64,000 nucleotides of DNA from assembly GCF_009914755.1 (NCBI RefSeq), contig NC_060929.1; one strand, given 5' to 3'. The notes beneath the pieces were generated by a model, which searched no databases, had not been told where the DNA came from, and saw nothing but the letters and a program-made list of their open reading frames with translations. This document shows positions 16,515-30,667 of this stretch, in pieces. Both the position numbers and the translations under genes were made by a program. This DNA comes from the human T2T-CHM13v2.0 reference genome, Homo sapiens. How positions within the stretch are numbered: position 1 is the stretch's first letter; every line of letters begins with the position of its first letter.

Positions 16515-17583
16515 TTAGTCATGGCTGGAGTGGTTGGGACAGGCCATCAAGTGTCTGGACTGCATACAGCATGGGGACCCTAGGCCCAGCCCATGAAATT
16601 TTGTTTCCTCCTTGGCCTCCAGACCTGCAATTGGCAGGGCTGCTGTTAAAGCCTCTGACATGCCCAGGAGACATTTTCACCATTGTCTTGGAGATTAACA
16701 TTTGCCTCCTCTTCACTTATGGAAATTTCTGCAGCTGGCTTGAATTTCTCCTCAGAAAATGGGATTTTCTTTTCTATCACATTGTCAGCCTGCAAATTTC
16801 CAAACTTTTATGCCCTGCTTCCATTATAAAACTGAATGCCTTTAGCAGCACCCAAGTTACCTCTCAGATGCTTTGCTGCTTATAAATTTCTTCTTCTAGG
16901 TACCCTAAATTATCTCTCTCAAGTTCAAAGTTCCACAAATCTCTAGAGCAGGGGCAAAATGCCACCAGTCTCTTTGCTAAAACATAACAGGAGTCACCTT
17001 TGCTCCAGTTCCCAGCAAGTTCCTCATCTCCATCTGAGATCACCTCAGCCTGGATTTCCTTGTCCATATCATTATCAGCATTTTGGTAAAAGACATTCAA
17101 CAAGTCTCTAGGGACTTCCAAACTTTCCCAAATTTTTCTCTCCTCTTCTGAGCCCTCCAAACTGTTCCAATTTCTGCCTGTTACCCATTGTCAAATTTGC
17201 TTCCACTTTTTTGGGTATCTTTTCAGCAGCACCCCACTCCACCAGTACCAATTAACTGTATTAGTCTGTTTTCAGGATGCTGATAAGACATACCTGAGAC
17301 TGGGCAATTCAGAAAAGGAAGAGGCTTAGTGGACTTACACTTCCACATGGCTGGGGAGGCCTCACAATCACCATACAAGGCGAGGAGGAGCAAGTCACAT
17401 CTTACTTGGATGGCAGCAGGCAAAAAGAGCCAAGTGAAAAAACCATCCGATCTTGTGAGACTTATTCACCACCGTGAGAACAGTTATGGGAGAAACTGCC
17501 CTTGTGATTCAATTTAATATCTCACCAGACAATCACAATTATCTTTCACCAGATAATTGTGGGGATTATGGGAGTACAATTAA

Positions 17584-17760
<177 letters not shown>

Positions 17761-19646
17761 TAATTTAGTATTTTCCTTATTTCACAACACAAGAAATCAT
17801 TATAGACACTTTGAATTTCTGAAATGAAAACACTCATTAGAGGATTCACATCAATTTGTTTATGTTTGAAATAAGGCGAATGAAGTCTCAAACAATTGTT
17901 CCCAAAGTCAGAAGAATAATTAATAGCACATCTGCACTGGAAATCTGGCTTCTGATTGAACATTTAATATTCCTCTCTTTTGTTATTTTTCTTCCCCAAT
18001 AATTCATCTTGGTTTTCTAAAAGCTATCAATGTATTTAAAAATTATTATATGTTTAAAAAAACATACAAAGAAAAATTTCAATCCCTAAAAATTCAAATA
18101 AGGGAGGTAGAGAAATTTACTAGAGACTTTCTGTGAATTCAGTACCCCAGACATGAAGTTTTAAATGATTTACATCTCTCTTTTGTTTCTTCCAATTGAC
18201 AAGCAAATTGAGACTTATATTATCTGGAGTCAAATATTCATTTTAGGATAGATATCAAAGTTGTTTATTATATTGTGTCTTTGGGGAAAACAACAGAAAA
18301 ACAGAAAGGATACATGATAACTTAGAACTTTTATAGACTACCTGTTGAAGAGATCAATCAAATAGCCCTTTCAACTAAGTCCGTTATTGCATCAATAATT
18401 ACTATTATGATAAGAAACTTACCGTAGGCCTTCATTTTTGCTTGTTACTTTTACCTATTAGTATCATTAACTTTGTGTGATAAATCTTTTCTGTTTTATT
18501 TACTTCTTTCTTCCACTTTTTTCTTTAAAATTTGATATCTCAATATAAGAAGAAATAAGAGCAGGCCAGGTAGAAAGTAGCATGTAAAATGTATAAAATA
18601 TGACATTTGCTAATATAAAATATTTAGTCATTCATGAGTTAATCTATAGTGTTCTGGTCTTCTAAATGTTACTAATCTTCTCAATAATTCAATTATCTGA
18701 TAATAATATAGCAATATATGCATCGCCAAATGTCATAACAGATTTATTTCTCTAGGAAGGGAAGAATGTAAGGGTATTGTTTCAGATAAAATATGTGCTG
18801 TTATTAGGTTACATTAATATTTGAAAGAACATTGCCGTATAAATACTGTGTGGAATGTGCCTTTATCATCCAGAGATCTAAGTTTCCATTGAAATATTAC
18901 CATTTTCATCTACTTTTTAAATTTTATTTTTAAATATACATACAGCAAATTTACTCTTTTCCATGTGCAGTTTTTGAGTTTTGACAAATACACTATCATT
19001 AAGGTATAGAATGGTTTTGTTACTCCAAAAAAAAGTTATCTGCTGTATAGTAAAACATGTTCTCCAAGCCTTTTAATCCCTGGCAATCACAGTTCTGTTA
19101 AAAATAGATAAAGCATTTGAAAAACAAATTTATGTGCTTGATACTAAGAGACTCCTGAAAGTAAGCATGTAATCGCAATTCTTACATGTTACTACAAACG
19201 TGATAAAACGTACGAGTGAGCATTTTATTATACAACCCTGACATATTTGACTGCGATTTGCAAAGGTAGTCAATTGTAATACTATCTAAGATTTACAAAT
19301 GCTAATGCTTTGAAGAAAAATATTTGATTCTGGAAGTGTACTTTAGCAATTACATTACTAGTTTTGTCTTCTAATTTGTGAAAAAGTTCACAAATTAAGG
19401 AAAAAATAAACAAAATAGGAAAATACAGGGTAATACTTCAGTGAAAGGAAGTAGGCCCTAAATATACTTTCATAAAAAAATCTCACTGTGTTTTTGAGAA
19501 AGATTTGTTTGCTGATATTTTCTGATTTTACCAGGAAATCTACAGAATAGATAGTTATCTGTGAAAGCTTACAAAGTGCTTGCATAAGCCAGTGGGATAA
19601 AACACACAAATGAAGAGAAGATTTGACAGAAGAAAGCATACACACA

Positions 19647-19730
19647 TGCACGCACATGCACACACACACACACACACACACACTGACATATATATTTCAT
19701 ATATGTGTGTGTATATATATGTGTGTTTCA
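19647..19730. repeat. (CA)n/(TA)n/(TG)n compound microsatellite
   Basis: Directly visible. Confidence 0.9.
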
Positions 19731-21246
19731 TGTAGCTATACTATATTTTTGACCAACTAATGCGGTGTAGAACACATGGAAATTAAATCTTCACCACAGT
19801 GCATATCACCTGAGGTCAAATATATCAACAATCTGTTTCTAATCGAGAATTAAAAAAAAAGTAGCTTCTTAGTTCAAGTATTTAATAATAAATAGATTTT
19901 CAGTTTCACTAAAATGTGCAGCTTAATATTTTTGGAAAACAAGTTAATTGACTTTTTCACTCATACATAGTAGTTTTCATGACCAAAATCATTTAAAGTA
20001 TTTAATAGTAATATACATTATATTAGAATATACATGGATATACTATACTTGTATACTATAATGTATATTGTATGTACTATATGATATGTGATTTATGTTA
20101 ACTCATACAAATCAATTTATCTTGACAGTATGTTATTAAGTAAATATATCTTGAATTGTGTGCTGTGTTGGGTTTATCTACTTTTATTTTTGGAGGCAGT
20201 GGCTCCCAGATACTGTGTGCCATATCCTGATGTCTGAACAGCTGGCAGAAAAACTGCCAATTTTATCTACTTAAAAAAGTTAAAGTTGTATAAAAGAAAT
20301 AGCCAGAATTATGCTAAAAATACTTGAAACATTATTCCCTACTGCAGTTTTCCTCCCATGTGTATGGTTTAGAAGTCTTTATCATTAAAAGAATCCCTCT
20401 TTGAAAATTTTGAAAAATGCAAAAGCCACATGACCATGTACCTTTAAAAATATTTAGAAATTTCCTTTTTTCATTGCATAGGTATGCTAATTAAAACAGC
20501 ACTGTAGAAATATTATAACTCTGTTATTCTAAAGGCCTGGTGACTTTGTATGAGTCAAGATTGTTTAAAATGACCTAAATTATTGACTGAACACAAATAC
20601 ATCAAAGACATTAAAATTTAGCTCTGTGCTTCCAGACATACATTTCAGAATCTGTGACTCTTTGAAATCATGGCAATAACTTGAAAGAAATCAGAAACCA
20701 GTCTAGCTGGGAGGATTTTAGAAGCTTCTCTTGGCACTTAGAGAATTTAGAAGATTCACCAGGCATTTATAAAATTCCTTTGATATCATGATGTCTAATG
20801 AGACATTATGGGATTTAAGGCTATGGATCCCCAATCTTAGCTCCCTAGTGACCATAATGAACCACGCTTTCATGAGTAAAAGGCAATAATTCACTCCTAC
20901 TACAATTTTATTTTAAGTACTTAAAATAATGTAGGGTAAACATTTTTGGGGAAAAGCAGCCTATCTCTGTATCATATATCTCACCTTGGAGATATTTGTT
21001 ATTCTGCATTTTTGGCCAAGACTACTTCCCTATGCCAAGTCATACAGTTGCCCAGAATTACAATCTAGTTTACATTAAAAGTGAAGTTCAAATTAAACAC
21101 AAAAACATAAAATGGCAACAGATGCACAAGTAACTACCAGTGGGGGGCGTCTATTTAGAGGCTAAAAAAATGAGATTTTATCCGTAATTAAACCTGTAGA
21201 AATTGCTGATTTCAACCATTTGGGGCCGATAAAACAGTAATTTTGC

Positions 21247-21660
21247 ATATGTTTTATTTTTCTAGTGTTGTAATGAATTATCACAAATTTAGTAGCATAC
21301 AATAACACAAATTTATTATCTTATAGGTTTTGAGTCCAGAAATCTGAAATGAATCTCACTGGGTAAAAGCAAGGTGTCTGCAGGGCTGCATTCTTCTAGG
21401 GGCTCTAATAATCTATTTTCTTGCCCTTTTCAGCTTTTAGAGACTCTCTACCTTCCTTGCCTCGTAGCCCCTTCTTCCATTTTCAAAGCTAACAGCACAG
21501 CATCTTCAAATTTCTCTTTGATTGACTCTTCAACCTCATTCTTCCACTTTTATAAGAACACTGGTGACTACAATGAGCCAGCCTGGATAATCTAGGAAAT
21601 CTTTCCATCTTGGAGTCATCTGATTAGCAATCTTAATCCATCTGCATCCTTAATCAGTGA
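21247..21660 (-). mobile_element. MLT1 (MLT1C/D-like) solo LTR
   Basis: cacaaatttattatcttatag...aaggtgtctgcagggctgcattcttct...ctggataatctagg. Confidence 0.75.
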
Positions 21661-22309
21661 AACAATTTTTTGGGGGTATCAGTTCTTGGAATTTTGCCTC
21701 TAATACATATCTATAAATGTCTATCACCTTTTACCACTAGGGATAGCAAGGTGGTAGTGTTGATTTGCACTTCAGTGGAACATTTTTTATGTTACCTGGA
21801 GGAAGCACTCCTCTGAATCGGCAGAATTCTAAGTAAAGAAATAAGAAGGCAAAGTATTATACATGCATCATTAGATTTAATAATGAGATATTTAATTTTT
21901 CTTTCTACCCTCATGTGTGTCATCTGAACCTATATTCTAGCTGTTGGAGAAAACTCACTACATATTGGTCACTGATTTAAAGCATATAAAACACCATGCA
22001 AGAGAGCACCCAAATTTGTAAAGTGTCTCCTAGCTGGTACAGTATTGAAACTTCAATATGTCAGTCTATCAGGCCAGCTGCTTTGAGTTATGCTAATACC
22101 AATGAATCCAGTATGAGTGGGTCCTTTAACTTACTTAATTTGCTATAAAAGTTTTGCTATAAAAGAAATTCTTTAATATGAAGTTCATATTACTGAGGCC
22201 CAATGATTGCTTGAATATATATATGTATATGAATATATTTATTAATCAATTTGTTTTTTCTCTCCTTTTTACTATTTTATGATTTACAGGTAATGATTAA
22301 TTTTATAAT

Positions 22310-22450
22310 ATCACTATAATTCCTTTTTCAGATATCAGAAATCTCAGGCTCAGAAATGTTGAATCACCTGTTATATCTCAAGTCAAAGAAATAGTAAATG
22401 AAAGAATATGTTTTAATTCTTGTTTTTTTAGCCCCAAGTTCAGCCCTTTT
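22310..22450 (-). mobile_element. MIR fragment
   Basis: ttttcagat...aggctcagaaatgttgaatcacctg resembles the MIR core. Confidence 0.5.
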
Positions 22451-22684
22451 TGTGTAATAATAAGTTGTTATCATTAAAATTGGCTAAATGATCATATTAA
22501 GAGTAAAATTTATTAACACATTATTGGCCAATATAATAAAACTTTCTCTTTATGGGTATAGTTACTTGCAGCATCAATATTTCTTATCTGTCAAATGAAC
22601 TTCTAGGAGGTAATATCATAGAAAATATTTTATTATTCCACAAGATAAAAGTGTTTTAAATTTCCTATTAATTTCAGGAGCATA

Positions 22685-22688
<4 letters not shown>

Positions 22689-22720
<32 letters not shown>
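22689..22720. repeat. (CA)n microsatellite
   Basis: Directly visible. Confidence 0.95.
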
Positions 22721-22723
<3 letters not shown>

Positions 22724-23114
22724 CTACACATGCATACAATCGTGTGTGTATACATGCAGATACATACATATATCATTTTGGTTTTTGGTAAATTATGCTG
22801 GGATAATTTACCCTTATCAGTTAACCTACTTGAGCAAAAAGTGAGATTGGTCAAAAAAATAAGAGTTTATAATAATAAATAATAATATCTGTGTACATAA
22901 ATCTTCAATATTGCATTATTTTTACTGTAATGGGATTTAAAATTAATGGATCAAAACCACATAGAGACACAATGCACAAATAATTTATCTTGCATCTTTC
23001 ATATAGAAAAATCAGTGTATGAAAGTAAAAACATTAAAAACTAAAAAAAACCTCAGGCATTCATATGAATCAATTGCAACAGGGAATTAAATCATTTCTT
23101 TTTAAAAATAAGGA

Positions 23115-23345
23115 CAAATGTAAACTGCGGTTGAATGCAATGTGGTATTCTTTAATGGATCCTGGAACAGTAAAAAGGAAAAGTGATGGATAAATTGAGG
23201 AAATCTGAATAAACTCTGTAGTTTAAAGTATTATATCAATGTTAATATCTTACTTTTGATTAATGTGTCATGCTTACATAAAATATTCACATTAAAGAAA
23301 CCTATGTTTACAACTCTTATGAGTAGAAAATTATTTCAAATAAGA
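23115..23345 (+). mobile_element. Old L1MC/L1ME 3' end fragment
   Basis: aatgcaatgtggtattc...ggatcctggaacag...aaatctgaataaactctgtagttt. Confidence 0.55.
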
Positions 23346-24362
23346 AATAATCCTCAATTTATATATACTCAATATAAAAAGGCTGAATTATTTTTCTCAT
23401 TAATTTCTTTACCAAAGATGAAGATAACCATAATTTTCCACTTTGCTTTTAGGCAGAAATACAGAGTTGGATACTGTATAAATATATATATTTATAAAAG
23501 AGAACAAGAAAACTAAATCTTTTAAAATGGGAAGTCTATCAGAGAGTAATTAGGATGAGACAAATACATTTGGATAAATTGCAGAAAAACCAGCTGTTTG
23601 TGATTTACTGTGTATGTATATTATTCTAATTGGTGGTGTTATTTGTAAAGTTATTAGCTTCTTCTGGGAAAGTCATCCAAGCACAGACATTATAGAAAAT
23701 GTCTACTATATGCAGATATCCAAGATATTTCTTAGAGGTGCAATTTTGAAATATTCCACATTAAAGTATAAACGTAATCTTTACTTTACATGAATGTTCC
23801 AATAATTAATATGTTTGATCTGTCAATATGAGTGACACAAATTTAAGAAGAAAGGAAATCATTTGGATGTATTCAGTTTACACTAGGAACATGGCCCACA
23901 ATGCAGATGTCACTTATGGATACAAACAAGTTTCAAGTAGAAAGGAAATGAAACCATTTATATGAACACAATTTTAAAACTATAGTAAGAGTATACAAAT
24001 ATATTTATGTTAAGAGATTAAAACTATGTCAGAAATATAGACTAACTTCATAGGAAAACAAATAATATTTTATTTTTTAATTTATAGGTAAACAATGCTG
24101 ATAGCTCATTACACAAAAGGTAAAAATTCTTAAAGATACAAGGCAAAATTTATGCTTTCATAGGGTCAAATACTAATACTCAGGATTGTAAACTTTGATT
24201 GCTTTATTAGAATCGCTTAGAGTGAGAATGCATTATAAGTGAAAACCATCGAAATAAATATTTTTCCATGCCCAGAACAAGGCAATATAGGAGGTATGTA
24301 AGCAAATGGAGATCGATGAAGAGGTAATTGGTGAAGAAATACAAATCCCTTATTTAAGATCT

Positions 24363-24374
24363 CACACACACACA

Positions 24375-24418
<44 letters not shown>
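24363..24418. repeat. (CA)n microsatellite
   Basis: Directly visible, one interruption. Confidence 0.95.
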
Positions 24419-24423
<5 letters not shown>

Positions 24424-24541
24424 CTTCAAAGCTTAGGCAGTTGTTGAAAGCTTTGAAAAAAGCAAAAGCGAAAACATAAAACTCTTACAAAATGACAACT
24501 TAAATATAGGGATCTTCTGTAAAATGATTAGATAAGCACAC

Positions 24542-24568
24542 TGTGTGTGTGTGTGTGTGTGTGTGTGT
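24542..24568. repeat. (TG)n microsatellite
   Basis: Directly visible. Confidence 0.95.
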
Positions 24569-25508
24569 TTATGAATGCATTGAAACAAACAGATACTGTA
24601 TGTGAACCATTTTGTATGTAAAACATATGCAGTAATAAAGCACTTCATGAGAGTTCTTCACACAGAGATCTCACTGAGAAGAGCAGCACTGATTTAATTG
24701 GGACTGGCTCTTAAAATGGTTTTTATGTCAAAATTTTACATGCAAGTTAGTACTTCTGGTTTATCAGAAAGACTTGAGGCATTGAAAATTTGCTATTCTT
24801 ATTTATTTGTAGATCCACATTTTGCTATTCAGCTCCAAAAAAAAAAAAAATTCCAAACAAATGCCACAGGTCTTCTTCCTCACCTGAAAAACATCAATTT
24901 AATTTAATTTTCCTGAAAATTACTAGTATTTTGTTGTTCTCCACTTATTGTTTTGCTATCCCTTTCCTTAATAAAGATACCTTACATCTTCAGCAAAACT
25001 ATTTTCAAACAACTTTCAAATACATTTCCTCATTTAATTTTCGCAGCAATTTATGGAAGTAGAAAGGTCTTGTTATCACCATATTAAATGAGTAAAAAGA
25101 AACTTTAGAACATTTAAGTAGGAAGCTGAAGATCTTAAAATTAGTAAGGAGCTGAACCAGATAAGTAGCTTAGAACTTTCCGTGACTACAGCAATGTTCC
25201 TTGCATTTCAGCATCCTGCTGTTAGCTTTTTGTTAGTGATGAGCTGGTACTTCACAGGAACTTTTTGTGTAACTTTGTTTTGACACACTGTGTATCACTC
25301 AACATAACAAACCAAAAGCAGATTCTATCACAAACTCTGTTTTAATTTATAAGAGAAGGCAGCAAGTCATAATAGTATGATTACTCAAAACAGTTTATGT
25401 TGTTCCTCTCCCCATTATTTTTGTTGCCTTTTTTTGTTGTTGTATCTCGAGTGTATATACATGTGAATGTAAACTAGTAGCCACAGAATTTTATTAACTT
25501 TCATTCTC

Positions 25509-25782
25509 CAGGAACAGAAAACCAAACACCGCATATTCTCACCTAAAAGTGGGAGCTAAATGATAAGAGCTTATGAACCCAAAGAGGGAAATGACAGACA
25601 CTGGGACCTACTTGAGGCAGAAGAGTGGGAGGAAGGAGAGGAGCAGAAAAGATAGCTATTGGGTACTGGGCTTAACACCTGGGTGATGACATAATATGTA
25701 CAACAAACCTTCATGACACGTGTTTACCTGTGTAACAAACCTTCACATGTACCCCCAAACCTAAAATAAAAGTTAAAAAAAA
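25509..25782 (+). mobile_element. Short L1PA15/16-like 3' end
   Basis: caggaacagaaaaccaaacaccgcatattctca...aacctaaaataaaagttaaaaaaa. Confidence 0.85.
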
Positions 25783-25789
25783 CCCTTTT

Positions 25790-26180
25790 TTGTTCTCATA
25801 TTGTGCATTAGATCTCTAGAGTTGTTTATCCTGTATTTCCACTATTTGATATCCTCTGACCTATATCTCCCCATTTCTTCTCCCCCTCCCACTGATGGTA
25901 ACCACTGTTTTATTCTCTATCTCTGTGTATTTCAGCTCTTTTTTGTAATTCCACATGTCAGTGATATCAAGCAATAGTTTTCTTTCTGTGTCTGCCTTAT
26001 TTAACTTAATATAATGTCCTCTAGATCCATTCATGTTCTAGCAAATGGGTCTCCATATTTTTAAAGACTGATTAACTTTCCATTGTGTGTGTGTTTGTGT
26101 TTATACCACATTTTCTTTATCCATTCATTCATAGATGAGCATTAGGTTGTTTCCATACCTTGGTTATTTTAGATAATCCT
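25790..26180 (-). mobile_element. L1MA 3' fragment, probably the host of the preceding L1PA
   Basis: ttgtgcattagatctctaga...ggtaaccactgttttattctct...ccacattttctttatccattc. Confidence 0.7.
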
Positions 26181-27994
26181 GAGTTTTTTGTAAGATTGTA
26201 GCATTTATTAAAGTGAAGAAATTTTAAATTTTAAAACCATACTAAGCCACGTAGAAAAATTTGTATTAAAAACAAAATCAAATAAACAAAAAGTGGACAG
26301 ATATATACTAGAACCAATAATTAATAGGCTAAACATGCTATCTTAAATATGAGGCTTCTTTCATTTTGGTTATAATTTATTAATTAATATGGGAAACCTA
26401 GTTATTCGGTGCTCTCTTTTTATTAAAGACATTTAGAAAACATTGTTTAGTTAGTATTATAGTTTAATTTTTTTTTCTAAAACTGAGATTCATGGGATGT
26501 TAATGCAAGGTGCCCTTGATAGTATAAATGTAGAAATCACTACAATAGGCAGTAAAAATATCTGTATTCTGATGGGGCATAGATTTCCTGTAAGCCTACC
26601 TAAAATTGCCTGTTTTTTTTTTTCAGCTCACTTTTCCCTTGACTTCTAAAGCACATATTTACCTTGTTAAGAACTTTGTCAGCAAATGGATTTACTGATA
26701 TGAGTCACCCTATGGACCTAGAGGCTGAATCTGATCAATGCTTCACTCTGTAAACAAGACAAGGCTATCAGTAATCTTACAATATGGACATCTATATTGG
26801 CTTCTTGTATTACAGCCAGACATATAACCAACTAATGGGAGAGAGAAGACATAAATATGGGAGAGAGAAGACATAAATTACTGGATAACATTAGTGTTTG
26901 TGAACTACCCAATTTAGAACTGCATGTTGAAATCATAAGGCACTGAGATTACATGCTGCCTCTGCGAGTTTTGATTAGTGGAAACATCACAACATTTTAT
27001 CATTTATTTGCCTTTTGCAGTTAAAAACAAACTGCGCTTTTGTTTGTTGTGCAGTTTGTATTGTAATCCACTTTAAAAAATCTACCTACATTTTGAACAC
27101 TGTTCAAGCGAAGGTGCTCTATAAGCATGATTTTTTTTTAAATCTATGGCCCCATATAATAGGAACATTTGTTTACATGTCAAACAAGCTTCTTTAATAT
27201 ATTAACAATGAAAATATCTAGCCTAGCTGTCCAAATAAAAAGGTGGGGTATGGGAAATTGTTGAGAACATAGTCTGGAATAAAAATAATATAAATAAATT
27301 AATACATCTTTACCTTTTTCTTCCTTGACTACATGTGCCATTATCCACAAAAGCTAATACATATCCTTACCCTTATTCTCAATTATTTAGTTTACTCTCC
27401 TCAACCCTTCCTCTTATAAAATGTTTCACCTTAAGTGTAGATTAAACATCTCTCTTCTGCAATTCAAAATAATACGTTTAATATATAGCTTCACTCATAC
27501 TTACTTTATCTTACCTAGAGAAAGAAATATTTCTGTCCTAGTTCGGACATAAAGGCCTAGGAATTTATACTGTTAGATCACCAGGAGCCCAAAATTATCT
27601 GTTTTCAAAATTTTAACCAAATACCAATATTCTAATAAATAAGCTGTTGCTCTAGACAAATAACATGAAGTAAAATATACAATGAATTATTGATTTTTGT
27701 TTCATTTCTTTTGGTCAAACTAGATAAACAACAAGGTATTCTATGTAAAGAATAACCATTTTTCAAAGAATACCAATATTTTCCCTTGAGATGACATTTC
27801 ACAAAAAGGATTATTTCTTTCATATCTCATAGTACAAACTTAGAAAATGTTTTATTTTTGTGTTTGTTGTTCTCTTCTGAACTACCTCCTTAATGAGTTT
27901 GGCATTCTGCTATGTATTGGTCTATCTGCTATGAATGCCAGTATCTTAATACATACTTAAATTTAAACATTCTAATTTATCCTACCATTTCACA

Positions 27995-29332
27995 CACACA
28001 ACAGTTTGTGGAAAATGTATATTAGTAAAAAATTGTGCATGGATTTCAAAAAGGTTTGTACCAAAATAAATTCTAACTTTTATGAATAAATTTTTAAATA
28101 ATTGTTAAAATATATAAATAAATATTAACTTGTTATAATACATGTCAGTAGAATCTAGTTTGAGGGATTAAAAAGGATAAGAAATCAGTTTGAAAAGAGT
28201 CCTATCAGAACAATATGAATTGTGCTAAAATTGAAGCAACAACAAACATTAAACTTACGGCAAAGCTTGGGTTGAATGATGGTGAAATCTTTGATGGTTT
28301 ATGAAAAGTTTATGAAGACAATGCCCCAAAGAACTCAGCAGTTCACAAATGGATAACTCATTCTGAAAAGGAATGAGATGATGTTGAAGATGAATGCTGC
28401 AGCAGCCTTCACATCAATCTGCAAAGAAAAAATTAGTCTTGTTAAGGTTAATGCCCTAATGAAGAATACCAATGATTAAAAGTACACACAATGGCCAACA
28501 CCATAGAAATCTCAGTTGGTTCAGCTTACATAATTCCAACTGAAAAATAAGTTTAACAAATTTTCAAACTCAATGGGCACTAAAATATTTGTGCCCAGAT
28601 CAGCTACTGACAAGATTAGAGATTTCAATGAAAATTTTAAACAACTGGGATCAAGATCTGAATTATTTATTTGATGAATAGTAACAGAAGATGAAATATG
28701 GCTTTGCTAGTATGATCCTGAATACAAAGTACAATCAGAGCAATGGCTATTAAGAAGTGTAATTGGTTCAGTCAGAGCAAAAGTGGACCTGTCAAGAGCA
28801 AATGCTGTGGCAACAGTGTTTTTTTTGGATGCTCAGGGCATTTGTTTTCTTGACTTTCTGGAGGGTCAAATAACAATAGCATATTCTTATTAGGAGAGTT
28901 CTATGAGAAGGTTACCCAAAGCTGTTGTACAACAGCACCCAGAAATCTTCACCAGAGTCCTTCTCCCCATGAAGATGCTCCTGCTTATTTCTTTCATCAA
29001 ATCAATGCAATTTTGTGAGAGTTTTGATGGGAAATCATTAATCATCCACCTCACAGTTTTAATTTGGCTCCGTCTGATTTCTCTCTGTTTTCTAATCTTA
29101 AACATCTGTAAAAAGGCACATATTTTTCTTCAGTTAATAATGTAAAACAACCCTGCATTAACATGCTTAAGTTCCCAGGACACTCAATTATTTGGGGATG
29201 AGCTATGTGGATGTTATCATTGCTTAAAAAAGTGCCTTGAACTTGATGGAGCTTATGTTGACAAATAAAATTTATATATTTTTTATTTTTACCTTTTGAT
29301 TCTATTTTCTATGAACATTTTGAAGTTTGTAT
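27995..29332 (+). mobile_element. Near full-length HSMAR2 mariner DNA transposon
   Basis: 5' gtggaaaatgtat...gcatggatttcaaaaa and 3' ttttctatgaacattttgaag are degenerate TIR regions; length ~1.3 kb. Confidence 0.9.
28215..29268 (+). pseudogene. Dead HSMAR2 transposase
   Basis: Starts MNCAKIEATTNIK; catalytic-region remnant IVTEDEIWL near 28678; ends DGAYVDK*; many stops and frameshifts. Confidence 0.85.
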
Positions 29333-30667
29333 GAGTATATGCTTTTATACACATATGTATGTGTGGGGTGTATGTGTGTGTGTATAACTTTTTAACCTTT
29401 TGAAGACTATGCATCATATATCTCTTCTGGGATATACCTTATACCAGATAAATGAAATAAAAATTATTGCTGAATGAATATGGAATGAATTTATACATTT
29501 AAATATCAATGCCAATCATTTCAGTGGAAACCTAGTTTAGTCTTTTTAAATGAGTCTAAGTCATTACTATATAAAGAAAAAATCAATCATAATTTATATT
29601 CTTACATTATACTTATATAAGAGATATCAATAAAGAAATAGGTGTAACAAAATATGGAGCTTTCATGGCAACTGTATATTTGTCTTGAATATTCTTACCT
29701 TTCTTGTCTAGTATATTTCTCCCCAAAATGACTTTAAAAGTCAAATTTCTAACATCCAAATGTATGTTAATAAATATTTTACATGACACTTTGTAAGTGA
29801 AAATATATTAAGAGAGTTTTTTGTAAAATAACCTTGCTCATATCAATCTTTTCTTACCTTTAACACTGTCAAAGATGACAGCCTCAATTAACGTTGCTCT
29901 TTTGACTCAGAAATTGTCAAACATTTCATTTTATCATTTCTACACTTGCCCCTAGACTTAGACATAAAAATGGGCAGCAATAATCATTAAACATGAAAAG
30001 AAGAACATTCCCTGTTAATGACAGAATGGCATAGGGTAATAGTAAGAAGGAGCAAGCAAGCAAGTAGATAAATATATTGACAGCTTGCTTTTAATAAATC
30101 AACACCCTTGAGCAGTTGCAAGCAAGAACCAGACACTGTGACAGAAGAACATAGTGACAGATGGATTCTGAATAAGCTTTATCCCTCTTCTCTTTTATAA
30201 ACCAGAAAGGAACAAATGAAAAGAAGAGGAATATGTGTGGATTTCCTGTCTCAAATCGTTACAAAGGCAAATACTCTACCTTAGGAACTTAGTAGACCAT
30301 GTCAAGTAGTTAGAAAAAACCATATTTGCAGAAGGCAAACACACTTCCATAGATCACCTTCAAAGGAGAATCTGAACACTGAGGATTCCCTTGTCCAATA
30401 TCTTGACAATAAAAATAATAAATGTTAGTGCTCCTCATTTCATTCCTATATATATAGAGCTTATGGTGAAGGTCGTTATCATGGGGAAAACATCTTTGCT
30501 ACTTTTGGCCTGTAGACTCTCAGGTTTGTTTGTTTTGTTTTCTATCTTTGGGCTTACAAAATGATGGAAAATATATTACTCAGGCTTTAAAGATGAATAG
30601 AATATATCCTAACTGCATTCTGAAACTTCCTAGCTGAGATATCTGAGAAGCTCAACTATATAATGGG

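Noticed and set aside
28215-29268. Domesticated mariner transposase (SETMAR-like)
   Set aside because: It has multiple stops and frameshifts, and it is HSMAR2 rather than the HSMAR1 found in SETMAR.
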